Shown here one piece after another: positions 1-12,110 of a stretch of DNA of 64,000 bases; position 1 is the stretch's first letter; each line of letters opens with the position of its first letter. Made by a program: the position numbers and the translations under genes. The stretch spans positions 1,399,892 to 1,463,891 of the forward strand of contig WELB01000002.1 in assembly GCA_009602725.1 (NCBI GenBank), written 5' to 3'. The notes below the pieces were generated by a model, which saw only the letters and a list, made by a program, of their open reading frames with translations, was not told where the DNA came from and made no database searches. The DNA is from Spirogloea muscicola. Lineage: Eukaryota.

Positions 1-77
1 GCCTCCGCCTCGCACAGCTGCCGGCGAGCCAGGACGATCATCATGATGCAGCAGATCCGCCTCTGCTCGGGCTCCAT
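1..77 (-). CDS. Possible 5' coding segment of an unidentified gene running off the left edge (MEPEQRRICCIMMIVLARRQLCEAEA...)
   Basis: ATG at 77 on the minus strand, open to the window edge, with GC3-rich codons and a GC-rich upstream region. No recognisable domain. Confidence 0.35.
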   Translation of the reverse strand, partial: MEPEQRRICCIMMIVLARRQLCEAE

Positions 78-388
78 GCCTGCAGGCCTGGCCGGCTGCG
101 GGAGGGGGAAGCTTGCGCCTGCGGGTGCGCTCGACCAGGCTGCTGAAGGCGGCGCTGCTGCTGGGGTTTAGAAGATAGGCGCTCCTAGGAGAGGGCGGCG
201 GCTGGGAGAGGCCAGCTGGGGTTTGGAGCTGCTGCCCTAGCGCGTCGGGCAGCCAGTCCGACCTGGCGGGGCTTGGGGGGCGATTCCGCACGTGCAGGCG
301 GCCTCGGCCTCCGTGGCAGCGGCCACCCCCTTGACCCGGCGGTCAACACGTGTTTGGCCGACCGCCCCAGTGTAACCCGGCCCTAAGT

Positions 389-722
389 GGTTACTGAGCC
401 GGTCAGCCCAGCAGCAGGTGATGTGCATCTGCCAATGTGCTTGCTTTTTGTACTTGGCCCTTCATCACTCAATACGCACTCCACCTAGTCGCTTGCATCG
501 CTTATGAGAGAGTGCTCGCCCACTGAGGATAGGGGCTGGAAATGCCAGCCCAAAAAGCATAGCTTATGTATATATGTTGTGGCGCCTTTCGATCAGTCGG
601 ACCTTGCACATTCCTTTGGGCTGGCCTCCCACAGCCGATGCCTTACTTTGGAAGAGCTGGTTCCTCTGGGCCTTGTTCATTCTTCCTGTACTTGGCCACT
701 CGGGCGCTCCACCACTCCATTG
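389..722. mobile_element. Cluster of non-LTR retrotransposon 3' ends: family E 389-482, family D ~488-665 interrupted by an inverted family C end 507-556, second family E piece ~680-722
   Basis: Matches the 3' UTRs that follow RLE ORF ends elsewhere in the window (40055-40215, 33290-33349, 32190-32240). The inverted C piece is flanked by GCATCGCTTATG (495-506) and GCATAGCTTATG (557-568). Confidence 0.8.
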
Positions 723-754
723 CTGGGGCCCCACCTCGCCGCCGTGGGCGCGGC

Positions 755-934
755 ATGCCGGAGATCGGGCTGCGGCCGTGGGCGCTGGTGTTCGGCATCA
801 TCCTGGCGGCCTCGCTCTGGTACCCCTGGCTCGTCGTCCTCCTCCGCTCCCTCGTCCGCGCCGCCCTCGCCCTCACCGACGCCAACCTCTCGCTCGACCT
901 CCTCGGCGGCGCCGCCGAGCCCGCCCGCGGCTGA
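755..934 (+). CDS. Small orphan membrane protein (59 aa)
   Basis: MPEIGLRPWALVFGIILAASLWYPWLVVLLRSLV...; long hydrophobic stretch and GC3-biased codons like the first exons of neighbouring genes. Confidence 0.5.
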   Translation: MPEIGLRPWALVFGIILAASLWYPWLVVLLRSLVRAALALTDANLSLDLLGGAAEPARG

Positions 935-2280
935 CGCCCACGCCCTCCCACGACGCCGCCATTGGGATCCTGAGGCCCTCGAAAGCCGGGCAAGCCCGCC
1001 AGCTGCGGTTGCCCCTTTCCGCGGCCTCGTCAATTGGGCGACTGGCCTTGTCGCCAGTCGGTCCTAGCAGGACGGACATGCTGCCACCCGAGTGCGCAGT
1101 CTGGCAGTGATTGGCGTTGCACACAGGAGGGGACCGCCGCTACTGCGGCTGCCGTCGCTCACGGCGCTGGACTCGCTAGGATCGAGTACGCCAGGCAGCA
1201 GCTGAGAGGGTAAAGGACGCCCTGTTGGACTTTTACATTGCTTCCAACAAATTTCCGTTCCCTCCCAGAGGCGCAGGCATCGCTTCATGCTCCTTGTCAA
1301 GCCGGCTCGCAAGGAAGCCGCCCTGCTGTACGTCCCAGGGCACAGATCGTGAGGCACGTCTACAGCTTGCTTCACGGTGGTAGTAGAATATGCTAACCAC
1401 GACTGCAAGCTCCAGCCGCTCCTTGACGCTGTATTTATTGGAGTAGTCTCTCGCAATGCCGCTCCAAGGCTTTCGCATGGCCGTTTGCACTGCTTGACAA
1501 TGCTTGCTGTGCAATTGGGTTGCAACCATTCAAGTGCAAGATGTCTCAAGGAAGTCCTCTTCTCTCGTCACCACCATCCTTCGTGATGTCGCCATCCAGA
1601 CTCCTCTACTTCAGGTGCCCGCTAGACGCAAGCTTGGCGTGCACCATGCTGCTGCTTGCTATGAGAAAGGGCAATGCTCACCGCATGCATGCTTACTTTA
1701 AATGAAATTCAAGCTTGGAGGCCACCCTTGACAGCCCTGCATTCTGCCCAAATTCGCAACAATTTCAGCATGTTACAAGTGGATACGCCTGCTCGGCAGG
1801 CAAAGCCGACAATAGTAGGTAACGAACTTGCTGGATAGAGAAATTGCTTGCTACAGTCAAGTGGGTGGAGACTCAGGGAGCATTGGGAGCATTCAGGGGC
1901 AGCAATAGAGAGCTCATGCTGTGAATCTTGACAGAGCACAGGGCAAATACCCTGTAGAAAGGAGTGGCATGATGGTTATCATCTGAACGGTGCACAGAAG
2001 ACTTTCTGACAGAAACATGTGGGTGCACAGAGCTGGACGAGGGCGCCCTGCAGCTCAGAATTTACTATGCCGGGCTCTGGAAGAATCACAGCAGGCGCCG
2101 CTACAGGAATTCGTTTACACCTTGGCAATTGGTAAAAGAATTGCAAATGACAGGACGATAAAGGTTGCTCTGCTTGCATCACATATGTATCTGTCCAGTG
2201 AAGGGCAGAGCTGGGCTCGCTCTGTCTCTTGCTTCTACACTGGTTAAGCAAGGACGACGACTGTGGGTGGCAAAAGCGTC

Positions 2281-3850
<1,570 letters not shown>

Positions 3851-4626
3851 TCAGCGCCGNNNNNNNNNNNNNNNNNNNNNNNNNNNNNNNNNNNNNNNNN
3901 NNNNNNNNNNNNNNNNNNNNNNNNNNNNNNNNNNNNNNNNNNNNNNNNNNNNNNNNNNNNNNNNNNNNNNNNNNNNNNNNNNNNNNNNNNNNNNNNNNNN
4001 NNNNNNNNNNNNNNNNNNNNNNNNNNNNNNNNNNNNNNNNNNNNNNNNNNNNNNNNNNNNNNNNNNNNNNNNNNNNNNNNNNNNNNNNNNNNNNNNNNNN
4101 NNNNNNNNNNNNNNNNNNNNNNNNNNNNNNNNNNNNNNNNNNNNNNNNNNNNNNNNNNNNNNNNNNNNNNNNNNNNNNNNNNNNNNNNNNNNNNNNNNNN
4201 NNNNNNNNNNNNNNNNNNNNNNNNNNNNNNNNNNNNNNNNNNNNNNNNNNNNNNNNNNNNNNNNNNNNNNNNNNNNNNNNNNNNNNNNNNNNNNNNNNNN
4301 NNNNNNNNNNNNNNNNNNNNNNNNNNNNNNNNNNNNNNNNNNNNNNNNNNNNNNNNNNNNNNNNNNNNNNNNNNNNNNNNNNNNNNNNNNNNNNNNNNNN
4401 NNNNNNNNNNNNNNNNNNNNNNNNNNNNNNNNNNNNNNNNNNNNNNNNNNNNNNNNNNNNNNNNNNNNNNNNNNNNNNNNNNNNNNNNNNNNNNNNNNNN
4501 NNNNNNNNNNNNNNNNNNNNNNNNNNNNNNNNNNNNNNNNNNNNNNNNNNNNNNNNNNNNNNNNNNNNNNNNNNNNNNNNNNNNNNNNNNNNNNNNNNNN
4601 NNNNNNNNNNNNNNNNNNNNNNNNNN

Positions 4627-5714
4627 CGCCGCCGCCCCGGCGGCGGGGCCCGCCGGCGCTGGCGGCGGCGACCCCGTCGCGGAGGACTGGCGGCTGAGCC
4701 AGTTCTGGTACGACGACGCGACGTGCGCCTCGCTCGTGGCCGAGGTCGGCGAGCTGCGCGGCGGCAGGGAGCTCCGCGTCGCCTGTGTGGCTTGCCCATC
4801 ACTCTTCCGCAAGCTCCAGGTACTCCTCAAAGGGTCCCCGCGACACGAGGCGCTCGTTGAGATAGCTCAACTTGGAGATGCTTAATGGGTACCCTCCTGC
4901 TCAGGCTCAGCCTCTGTGCCCAATGGGCTTCACTCTTTCACTGCTGGCTCTGCTGTGTAGTGAACAGACGTCCAATGCCGCCGCGGGCGTGCACCTGCTG
5001 GAGTACGACGAACGATTTGCGCAGTTCGGGAGCTCCTTCACCTACTACGACTACAACAGGCCCAGCGACATCCCTGAGGAGCTGGCCAGGTCCTTCGACA
5101 TTGTTGTTGCCGACCCACCATACCTGGTACGAACTTCTGGTACTGTCAGCAGAGAGCCTACATAGATGACTTGTCAAGTCGCTACGAAGCTCTACATTTT
5201 GTCTTTCTGTAAGGGTAGTGCCTGCCGACGACGAATACACATCAGGCAGTATCTGGAAACTCGTGTGCCAGAGTGCGGAGTGCCTGGAGAAGATGGTTGA
5301 GACCATGAAACTACTGGCGAACCCCAATGCAGACACCAAGTTTATTCTGCTGACCGGTAAGCCCCTCTGCTGTTGCTATTGCTAGTACACCCTCCACATT
5401 GATGGACTCCTCAAGCCAGCTGCTACATCTTTTTCCAATGTCTGACAACGTTGGACTGCAGGTGTCATTGAAAGCCTTCGCTGAAATAAGAGCGTCCTAG
5501 TCAATAATTGCAGTACAGTGACAAGGCAAAGCATGCCCTCCTGATTGAGCTTGCAGGGGCTATTCAGAAAGCTCGCGCTTGGACTCTGCTTGATGCCAGG
5601 CCGTGCACATTTCGGCCTCAGCATATCAGGAAGCTGGGCAATGAATTTAGGGTCTTCACAAACTTCGAGCCCTCCGAGCACCTTGGGGCCTGGGAAGTTC
5701 TTGACCGAGGCTGA
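4627..5714 (+). CDS. EEF1AKMT1: eEF1A lysine methyltransferase 1 (N6AMT2/Efm5 family); start in the gap
   Basis: [64 protein letters not shown] across four GT-AG-separated exons. Confidence 0.93.
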
Positions 5715-5859
5715 AGGTCTGATGCCGAGGTGACCCGCAAGACAAATAACAAAGAATGACCGCTGCTTCCAAAACTGACATTGTTTGTAGAGAATGCATA
5801 GCTGGAGGAGTGTGCAATGAGCCACTCTTTGGCCACAGTGACATCAAAGCGGACGTCTG

Positions 5860-8400
5860 TCATAAGTCAGACATGCTGAAGTCCCATTTCAAATAGACGA
5901 ATGGTGAAGTTCCACCAGTGAAGCCATGCTCATCAGCAATGCACAAGTTCAGACCCTCAGTATGTCTCCTCAAAATTGACGCAAATCTCAGCATTCTCAT
6001 GCACGCTGAGACAAACTGGTCATCCCTGATATCCAAGCTCTTCTCCAGGCGCTTCAGCCCCAGTGTCTTTCGAACTTTTGACTGCAGTTGTGACAGTCTC
6101 TCCTCGGCCTGCTTGTACTGGAGTCGCCGTGCCAGCGCCTCCTCCCCCTTATGCTCGATGAAGTTGTATAGCTCCTTGTGGCTGGTGTCAACCGGGGTGG
6201 TGATGAACCCCATGTTTGGATGGATGGTCGGCAGCTCCTTGTTGTTGCTCTTAGTGGCACCCAAAGCGTCGCCTAGAAACTTCACTGATCCAGTGACATA
6301 GATGGGAAGCTCGTGAAAACGGCCTCCTCCGACGGCACCATCTTGTCGAGCTCCACTTGCAAGTCCGTCAAGAAAGCTGAAGTACTCAGCAGTGACACCT
6401 GTGCTGTAGCTGGTGTACAGCATTTCTACTTCCATCTGCCATCAAGGGTTTGCCTTGGTGAGTGCATGTCCAATGTTGCTGAAAGACAAGTACAATGCGC
6501 ATCATCCCAAAACCCGACAAGGACAAAGAGCTACATCTGCATGTCACCTGTGTTTGAAAGCACAGTGTTCAGTGAGTGGGTCGGTGTGAATGTTACCAGC
6601 TTTGCCACAAGAAGCTCCTTGGCACGCCTGACTTGCTCGATCCGTCTTCTTGTGCGGGCCTGCTCCACATCGGGCTGTCCAAACCATGTTGCCCAACCTT
6701 CGTCCACGTTTCTGCAATCTATGCAGATCCTTCCACGCAAATCTAATCCGTCCCATTCTCCAAGCACTAAGGTGCAATCTGCACGCGGTTTGTTTTGGAG
6801 TTATACAAGTATCTAAAACTTGCCAGCTCTGAGGTCATAGAGGTCATGGAAGCTTCCAGACAAGCGAGCAACAACAATGTCATCCTAGATCGAAGTGTTG
6901 TCAGCAACCCCGAAGAGTGCCCCAAGCACTAGTGATGCTAGGACGAGCTGAGGAAAGAGCGGCTGTGAAGCTTAGCGAATCGAGATTATATGAGGAACAG
7001 GGAGTTGCGGTGACCTGCAAGGTCCAGGTCGGGTACCTCATCGAGGCGGCGGGCCAGCCTATGAAGTAAGTCAGCGTGCTGATTGCAAGTCAGACCAAGT
7101 TTGCCAGATAGTTGCAGAGTGATGCCCCTCCCCATGCGGAGTGCATTCCTCATCACAATAAGATTTTGGTCTGTACAGTACAACTGACATGTCAATCATT
7201 AGAAAGCAAAGAGCAGACTCTGATGTGGGCACAGGATCACGAGGATTTCCAGGAGTGTTCCCTTGAATTGCTTGCAAACTGTGCCCGTACAACACAGCTC
7301 CTGTCTGCCCTGGCAGGTGCTGCATAGAGAAGCTGGGTCCTCACCACCAGTCATAGAGGCGGTTTCACTTTGCCGCTGCAGCTCAGAGGCCTGCTGGAAG
7401 AGGTCTGCGAGAAGCATCGCAAGAGCGGGCCAGGAAAAAAGTGAGGTCATCGTGCACTTGTGTATACTTCGTCAACTGACTGCTTCCACACAGCGAGTCA
7501 CCCGTTCTCGCTGCCAAAGCAAGTCACTGTGCTGACCAGAGAGCTTGAGCACTTGGTCCCCGGAGAGCCCGCCAGACACATTTGCAGATAAGCCACATAC
7601 TGCCAGGAGGCGGCCCAAGGACATCCTGGTGGCCAGGGGTAGCTCCGCGCCTTCCCTCCGCGAGCGCTGTGGTGGCGGCAGAGTGAGCTCCACCTTCTCC
7701 AGTACGCCATCATCAGTGCTGCCTCGGTTGATGTACAGCTGCAGCACACTGAAACAACTATTAAGTAACCCCGGCAGCACTGGACCAAAGCCCAAGTGGA
7801 GAACTGCGGTATCTGCAGCTGGTCACGGGCATGATCAGCAAACCAGCTGCACCAAGTCGGAGCCGATCACACCTCAAACGGGTACAGGCGAGGAGCTTGC
7901 TCAGCGCCACCGCCCTGCCGGGCATGCGCGAGGTACTCCTGCAGCACTTGGGACGACCTCTCGTTCGCGGCCTGCCGATCAAGGGCACGAGGCGGCAGTC
8001 CGAGCCTGACGATCCCAGCTCCCTTGCCCCATCCAGCGTGACAGATGCATGATGAAAGAAGCAAATAAACAAGGCAACAATCACAAGCAGCTGAAAATGA
8101 TACGAACGACCAGGCACGCAGATTAGTGGGGAGATTGGTTGAGGCGGCCGCTCACGCGCTCGGCGGGGCGGTTGTGCAGCAAATCGGGGTGGATGAGCCG
8201 GTACAGCAGGCGGAGCTGGGACTTGAGGCTCGGCGCGGCGTCCGAGCGCGCGCCACCGGCGGCGGCGACGTGCAGCGGCCGCGGCGGAGGCTCCACACGC
8301 GGCGGCGGNCGCCCGCCGAAGCTGGCGGCGGCGGCGGCGGCGAGCGGCGGGCGCGGGCGCCTGAGGCGGGCCCGAGACGAGGGGCCAAGTGTGAACGACG
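5860..8400 (-). CDS. TCAIM: TCAIM-like mitochondrial protein (DUF4460/DUF4461)
   Basis: SLKSQLRLLYRLIHPDLLHNRPAER / AANERSSQVLQEYL is the J-like DUF4460 N-terminus with an HPD motif, followed by multiple exons to the stop at 5860. Start uncertain (n at 8309). Confidence 0.75.
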
Positions 8401-8501
8401 GCCTGACCTGGAGCGACTCAGCTTGGCAGCAGGTGATGTACACCTGTCAATGTAGTTGGCCACCTTCGTACTTGGCCACTCAGGCCCTCCATCACTCAAT
8501 A

Positions 8502-9002
8502 CAGTCAAACCTTGTTATAGGCACGTCGGCCGGTTTGGCGAAAACATGTGACTATATCGAGGGGTGTGCTTGTTCGTTGTATTCATGCGCCCCGCGCGCC
8601 TTCTCTCTCTGTAGAGGCACTATTGCCCCCAAATGTGCTTCTACCGTGACAATCAGCAATATATCAAATTATATTGAAAATGGCTTTTTGAGTTTAGGTT
8701 TAGGGTTAGGGTGTAAAAACTAGACCCTAACCCTAGACCTAAACCCGAAACCCCACACCCTAAACCCTAAACCTCAACCCTAATCCTCTGTAGAGAATAT
8801 GACAAATATGTTGATTTGTTTTCCTATAGGCACTTCTAGTGGGGAAATCTGCCCCGAAAAACTGTGCCTGTACATATAGGCACGTTCCTATATCGAGTCA
8901 CATTTGCCTGGGGAAAAAAGTGCTTCCCGCAAAATGGTGCCACTATCGAGGTTTTGCCCTAATGTGCCTATATCGAGAGGTGCCTATAACAAGGTTTGAC
9001 TG
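8502..9002. mobile_element. Non-autonomous Tc1/mariner-pogo-type MITE with 23-bp perfect TIRs and TA TSD
   Basis: TA|CAGTCAAACCTTGTTATAGGCAC (8502-8524) ... GTGCCTATAACAAGGTTTGACTG (8980-9002)|TA. Internal repeats of ATAGGCAC and TATATCGAG. Inserted into a family E UTR (catcactcaaTA...TAcacactcc; compare the uninterrupted copy at 463-482). Confidence 0.9.
8686..8786. repeat. Degenerate telomere-like repeats, G-strand block followed by C-strand block
   Basis: tttaggtttagggttaggg ... ccctaaccctag...ccctaaaccctaaacctcaaccctaa, inside the MITE. Confidence 0.8.
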
Positions 9003-9099
9003 TACACACTCCAGTTTCCCTGGAGTACACCAGTGAAGAAGTAGAGCTTGGTGCGGCTGCCCTTATCAAAGGGAATTTCGTGTATTTGAAACAAACGAA

Positions 9100-9478
9100 G
9101 GCCAAATGGCCAAGTACAAAGGCAAGTACGTCTAAGACCTACATAACCTACAGCAGAATGACCCGCTCAGTAACCGCGGGTCAAAACATGAAGGTCGCTA
9201 ATCGATGCCTGAATACTAGATGTCAGATAAGAAGCCCTTCTGCCACCAACTAGAGCTCGCCCAGCTTTCTGGTGCAAGGCATTAGCCTGGGCACGCTGCA
9301 AACAGGCATCAAAGAGGCGGCCGGAGGACCTACAGAGGGTGTCTACGATTATATAAAGGGAGCCACCGGCTAGGCAAACAGGCTAGGCAAACAGAGCGCT
9401 TCTCGGTCTCAGCCATAGGAAGTCAGATGAGCTGAGGGGAGGAAGAGCAACCAGCTGCGCAAGCCAGAGGCTGCTTCT
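9100..9478 (-). mobile_element. Non-LTR retrotransposon 3' fragments (family E ORF end plus UTR 9100-9310; family F ORF piece ~9405-9478)
   Basis: Minus strand reads LQRAQANALHQKAGRALVGGRRASYLTSSIQASISDLHVLTRGY*. 9405-9478 is the near reverse complement of 11630-11695. Confidence 0.85.
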
Positions 9479-9699
9479 GGGCTGGCCTCTCACAACATTT
9501 GAATGCTTCTGGAAATGCTTTTGCTTCATGCTGCCGCCCTCCCCACCTTCTCTCGTGCTTTTTTACCATTACCTTAGCCCTCTCAGCCTAGGGCTTCGCT
9601 CTGTGTAGTCCCAATCCTTGCTAGTACTTCTGCCTCGTGTGAAACCCTACCTTCCTTCCATGTCATGTGTTCCGCGTGCCTTGTCTCTTCACCTCCTTT

Positions 9700-10820
9700 A
9701 TAACTGTTGAACTATGAAGACTTGGCAACTCTCCATGTCGCCGACTTGGGATGTCGCACCTCTTGGCTGCGTCCAACAGCCTCAGCTCCTTGTCTTCTCC
9801 ACTCAAGAGTCCTCAACTGTGGGCGTTGCCTTCTCAGGAGGACCACTAGACCACCCTCGTCTCTGCGGTCCAGATCCGCTTTTGGAGGCACAGAGATAGA
9901 CACAAACACAGACTGCACCGGCTCTGCCCTCACTCAGTGGCTGGCAGCCATAGCTAGAGCGCGATGAGCAGCAGCGCGGTCGCCTCAGATGCAGACTTGA
10001 TAATCAAGCCCGATGTGTCGGGGCCACGCTTTGTGCAGGGTGCGCGCTTCCACAGCCCACTAGGCTGAGTCAGATGTTTACCCAGCCAATACACTGTTCA
10101 CCATAGTACCGCAAAGAGGTCCCCCAGCCAAGATTGCTGGTTCACCGTATCACTACAGTCAAGAGCAGCAGCACTTCTATGACCACACCCCGCCGTGATC
10201 ACCTCCAGCTGCCATCGACACGCACGCAGCCACTTGCATAGCTGTATGACTTGCACTTTTTGGCCGTTTGGACCCTGTCCACTTGTTTTGGGCTGGCCTT
10301 TCACAGCTTTTGCCCCGATTGATTGAGATTGTCTTGACAACACTGCCAGAAGTCCTCCTTCCACACCTTGCTTGTGAGACATGCCAGCTTGGATTTTGCC
10401 CGCTGATAAGCAGGACCTTTACTTTCTTGATCTTGCTACCTTTCATGAGGATCCCACAAGTAGCCGTCTAAAAGCCTGTTGATTCGTCTAGTACTCATGT
10501 AGGCAGGACATACACACCATGAAGTGTGAGAAGATGTTAAAAAGTACATGGCTGGCAAATCGTACTACTGGCCCCGATGATGCAACGCTCTCGTGCTCGA
10601 GAATGGCCCTGGTAGCCTTGAGCGATCCAGCATGTTGCAAGCACAACGTGAGCAGCCATTCACGAAACATTCAGGCCTGCTGGCCGATTACAAGCCGTCA
10701 GGCTTAAGCATGCAACGGCTGCGCTTGGGCAGCACACGTGACGACTGAGAGCTCCTTCCTTGCATCTACTGCACCCTTTCTGTCTCCATGGATGCTCGCC
10801 AATGCAGGAGCGATGAGGTT
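9700..10820 (-). pseudogene. Probable decayed hAT-family (DUF659-type) transposase remnant
   Basis: Broken frames give, in the expected order, VVTCAAQ (cf. CAAH), GPVVRFASH..AFRRLL (cf. P.xTRFAT..ALRxM), KVWKEDFWQ (cf. V.D..FW) and AHRALAMAASH (cf. LHxPLHAAAY). Many stops and frameshifts; interrupted by a family D UTR at ~10230-10322. Confidence 0.4.
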
Positions 10821-10821
10821 C

Positions 10822-10870
10822 GAGAGAAGGCGCGCGGTGCGCATGAACGAACGTGAGGCCAAATCAAGCG
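10822..10870 (-). mobile_element. Short family A retroelement 3' tip
   Basis: Reverse complement of ...catgcgc(a/c)ccgcgcgccttctctc, the terminus of the long element at 34825-34848. Confidence 0.8.
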
Positions 10871-11469
10871 GATTTGCGTTGGAGAACACCAGCCAGCTTC
10901 AAATCGAGTGCTCCAGTCAGCTGTGTACCTCGTTCATGATTCAACCTCACAAACACAGCAAACAACCCACTGGGAGGTGGGTGATGATAACTGAGCTGTC
11001 GTGAGTTGCAAGGGCGTTGGGGGGTGCAGATAGACCCGATAGCAAGCGAAGCGAAGAAGCGAAGCGAAGCGGCGAAGCGAGGACAGAGACGCTCGTGCTT
11101 GCAGGAACTGGACGGGATTCACCTCAGAGGCTCGTGGCCGTCGATTGCCCATCGAGAAAATGGGCTGAAGGATCTCAGGCACGTGTTGACCACTGACACG
11201 CCTACCGAGGTGGCTTCGCCTGCGAGGCCGGACACCTGCACGTGCGGGTGCTGGCGGCAGCGGCCCCGGTACGGGCGTCAGCGCGGCACCACGTGGCGGC
11301 TACCACGGCGCTGCCGCTAGCGGGGACCGCGGCCCCGGCGCGGGCGCCGCGGTAGCGGCGGGGCAGGTTAGCGAGGACTTAGCTGCCGCAGAGGCGGGCA
11401 GGTTACTGCCAGGGGCGGCACTTGCGCCGTTGCTGGGAGGGGGGGGGGGGAGGTGCCTCTGGAAGCGAA

Positions 11470-12020
11470 GTGAGCTCTTCCTGGAAGCGCCCTCCTTCCG
11501 CAGGGTGCTGCCCTTCCCGGTGGCTCGGTGCCTTTGGGTCTGGTGTCCTGCTACCGTATGCGACTGTCTATGTCCCTGCAGCGATCCCAAGCGCTTGCTT
11601 TGCACCGCCGCGCTGGTCGCGCCCTTGCAGCAGCCTCTGGCTTGCGCAGCGGGGTTGCTCTTCCTCCCCTCAGCTCATCTGACTTCCTACTGCTGACACG
11701 GGGGTATTGAGGGCGCCCTGTCTGCCTAGCCTTTGGCTCCGTCATGAACACCTGTATGCATCTGGCTGGCATTTCACAGCCGATTCTTTCATATCAGCAG
11801 CCGCTTTCTTTTCCGCAGCCGCTTTCATTCTCCAGAAAGCTGGGCGAGCTCTGGTTCGCGGCAGCAGGGCTTTAAGATGTGCCATCCGGTATTCAGGCAC
11901 CGATTGGCGACCTCTATGTGCTGATCAGTGATCAAGAAGTGGGTCACCATCTGCAGTGGGCAATGTACGTCACTGGATGTGCTTGCCGTGTACTTGGCCA
12001 CCACTTTCGACCTTCCATTA
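11470..12020 (+). mobile_element. Family F (11470-11826) and family E (11830-12020) retroelement 3' ends stacked upstream of oxidoreductase copy 1
   Basis: YRMRLSMSLQRSQALALHRRAGRALAAASGLRSGVALPPLSSSDFLLLTRGY* plus UTR, then a QKAGRALV... ORF end and gtacttggccac UTR. Confidence 0.85.
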
Positions 12021-12110
12021 TAATGTTGTGCACAAGCTTTCCTCCCTCCTCTCTCCCTCCTCCCTATAAGTAAGAGGCAGCCCCCCCGGCCACATTCCTC
12101 GTCCCTGGCC

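Noticed and set aside
1064..2250. Medium ORFs between the small membrane ORF and ARF
   Set aside because: No recognisable domain, splice structure or codon bias.
8123..8443. MYITCCQ... as the TCAIM start
   Set aside because: That start lies within a family E retroelement UTR, and an n at 8309 makes the frame unreliable.
10330..10800. SF2/DEAD helicase-like motifs (SIHGD, Q.R.GR) on the minus strand
   Set aside because: Frames and spacing are inconsistent; the hAT interpretation explains more motifs in order.
11041..11080. (GAAGC)n-like run
   Set aside because: Simple microsatellite with no associated structure that I could support.
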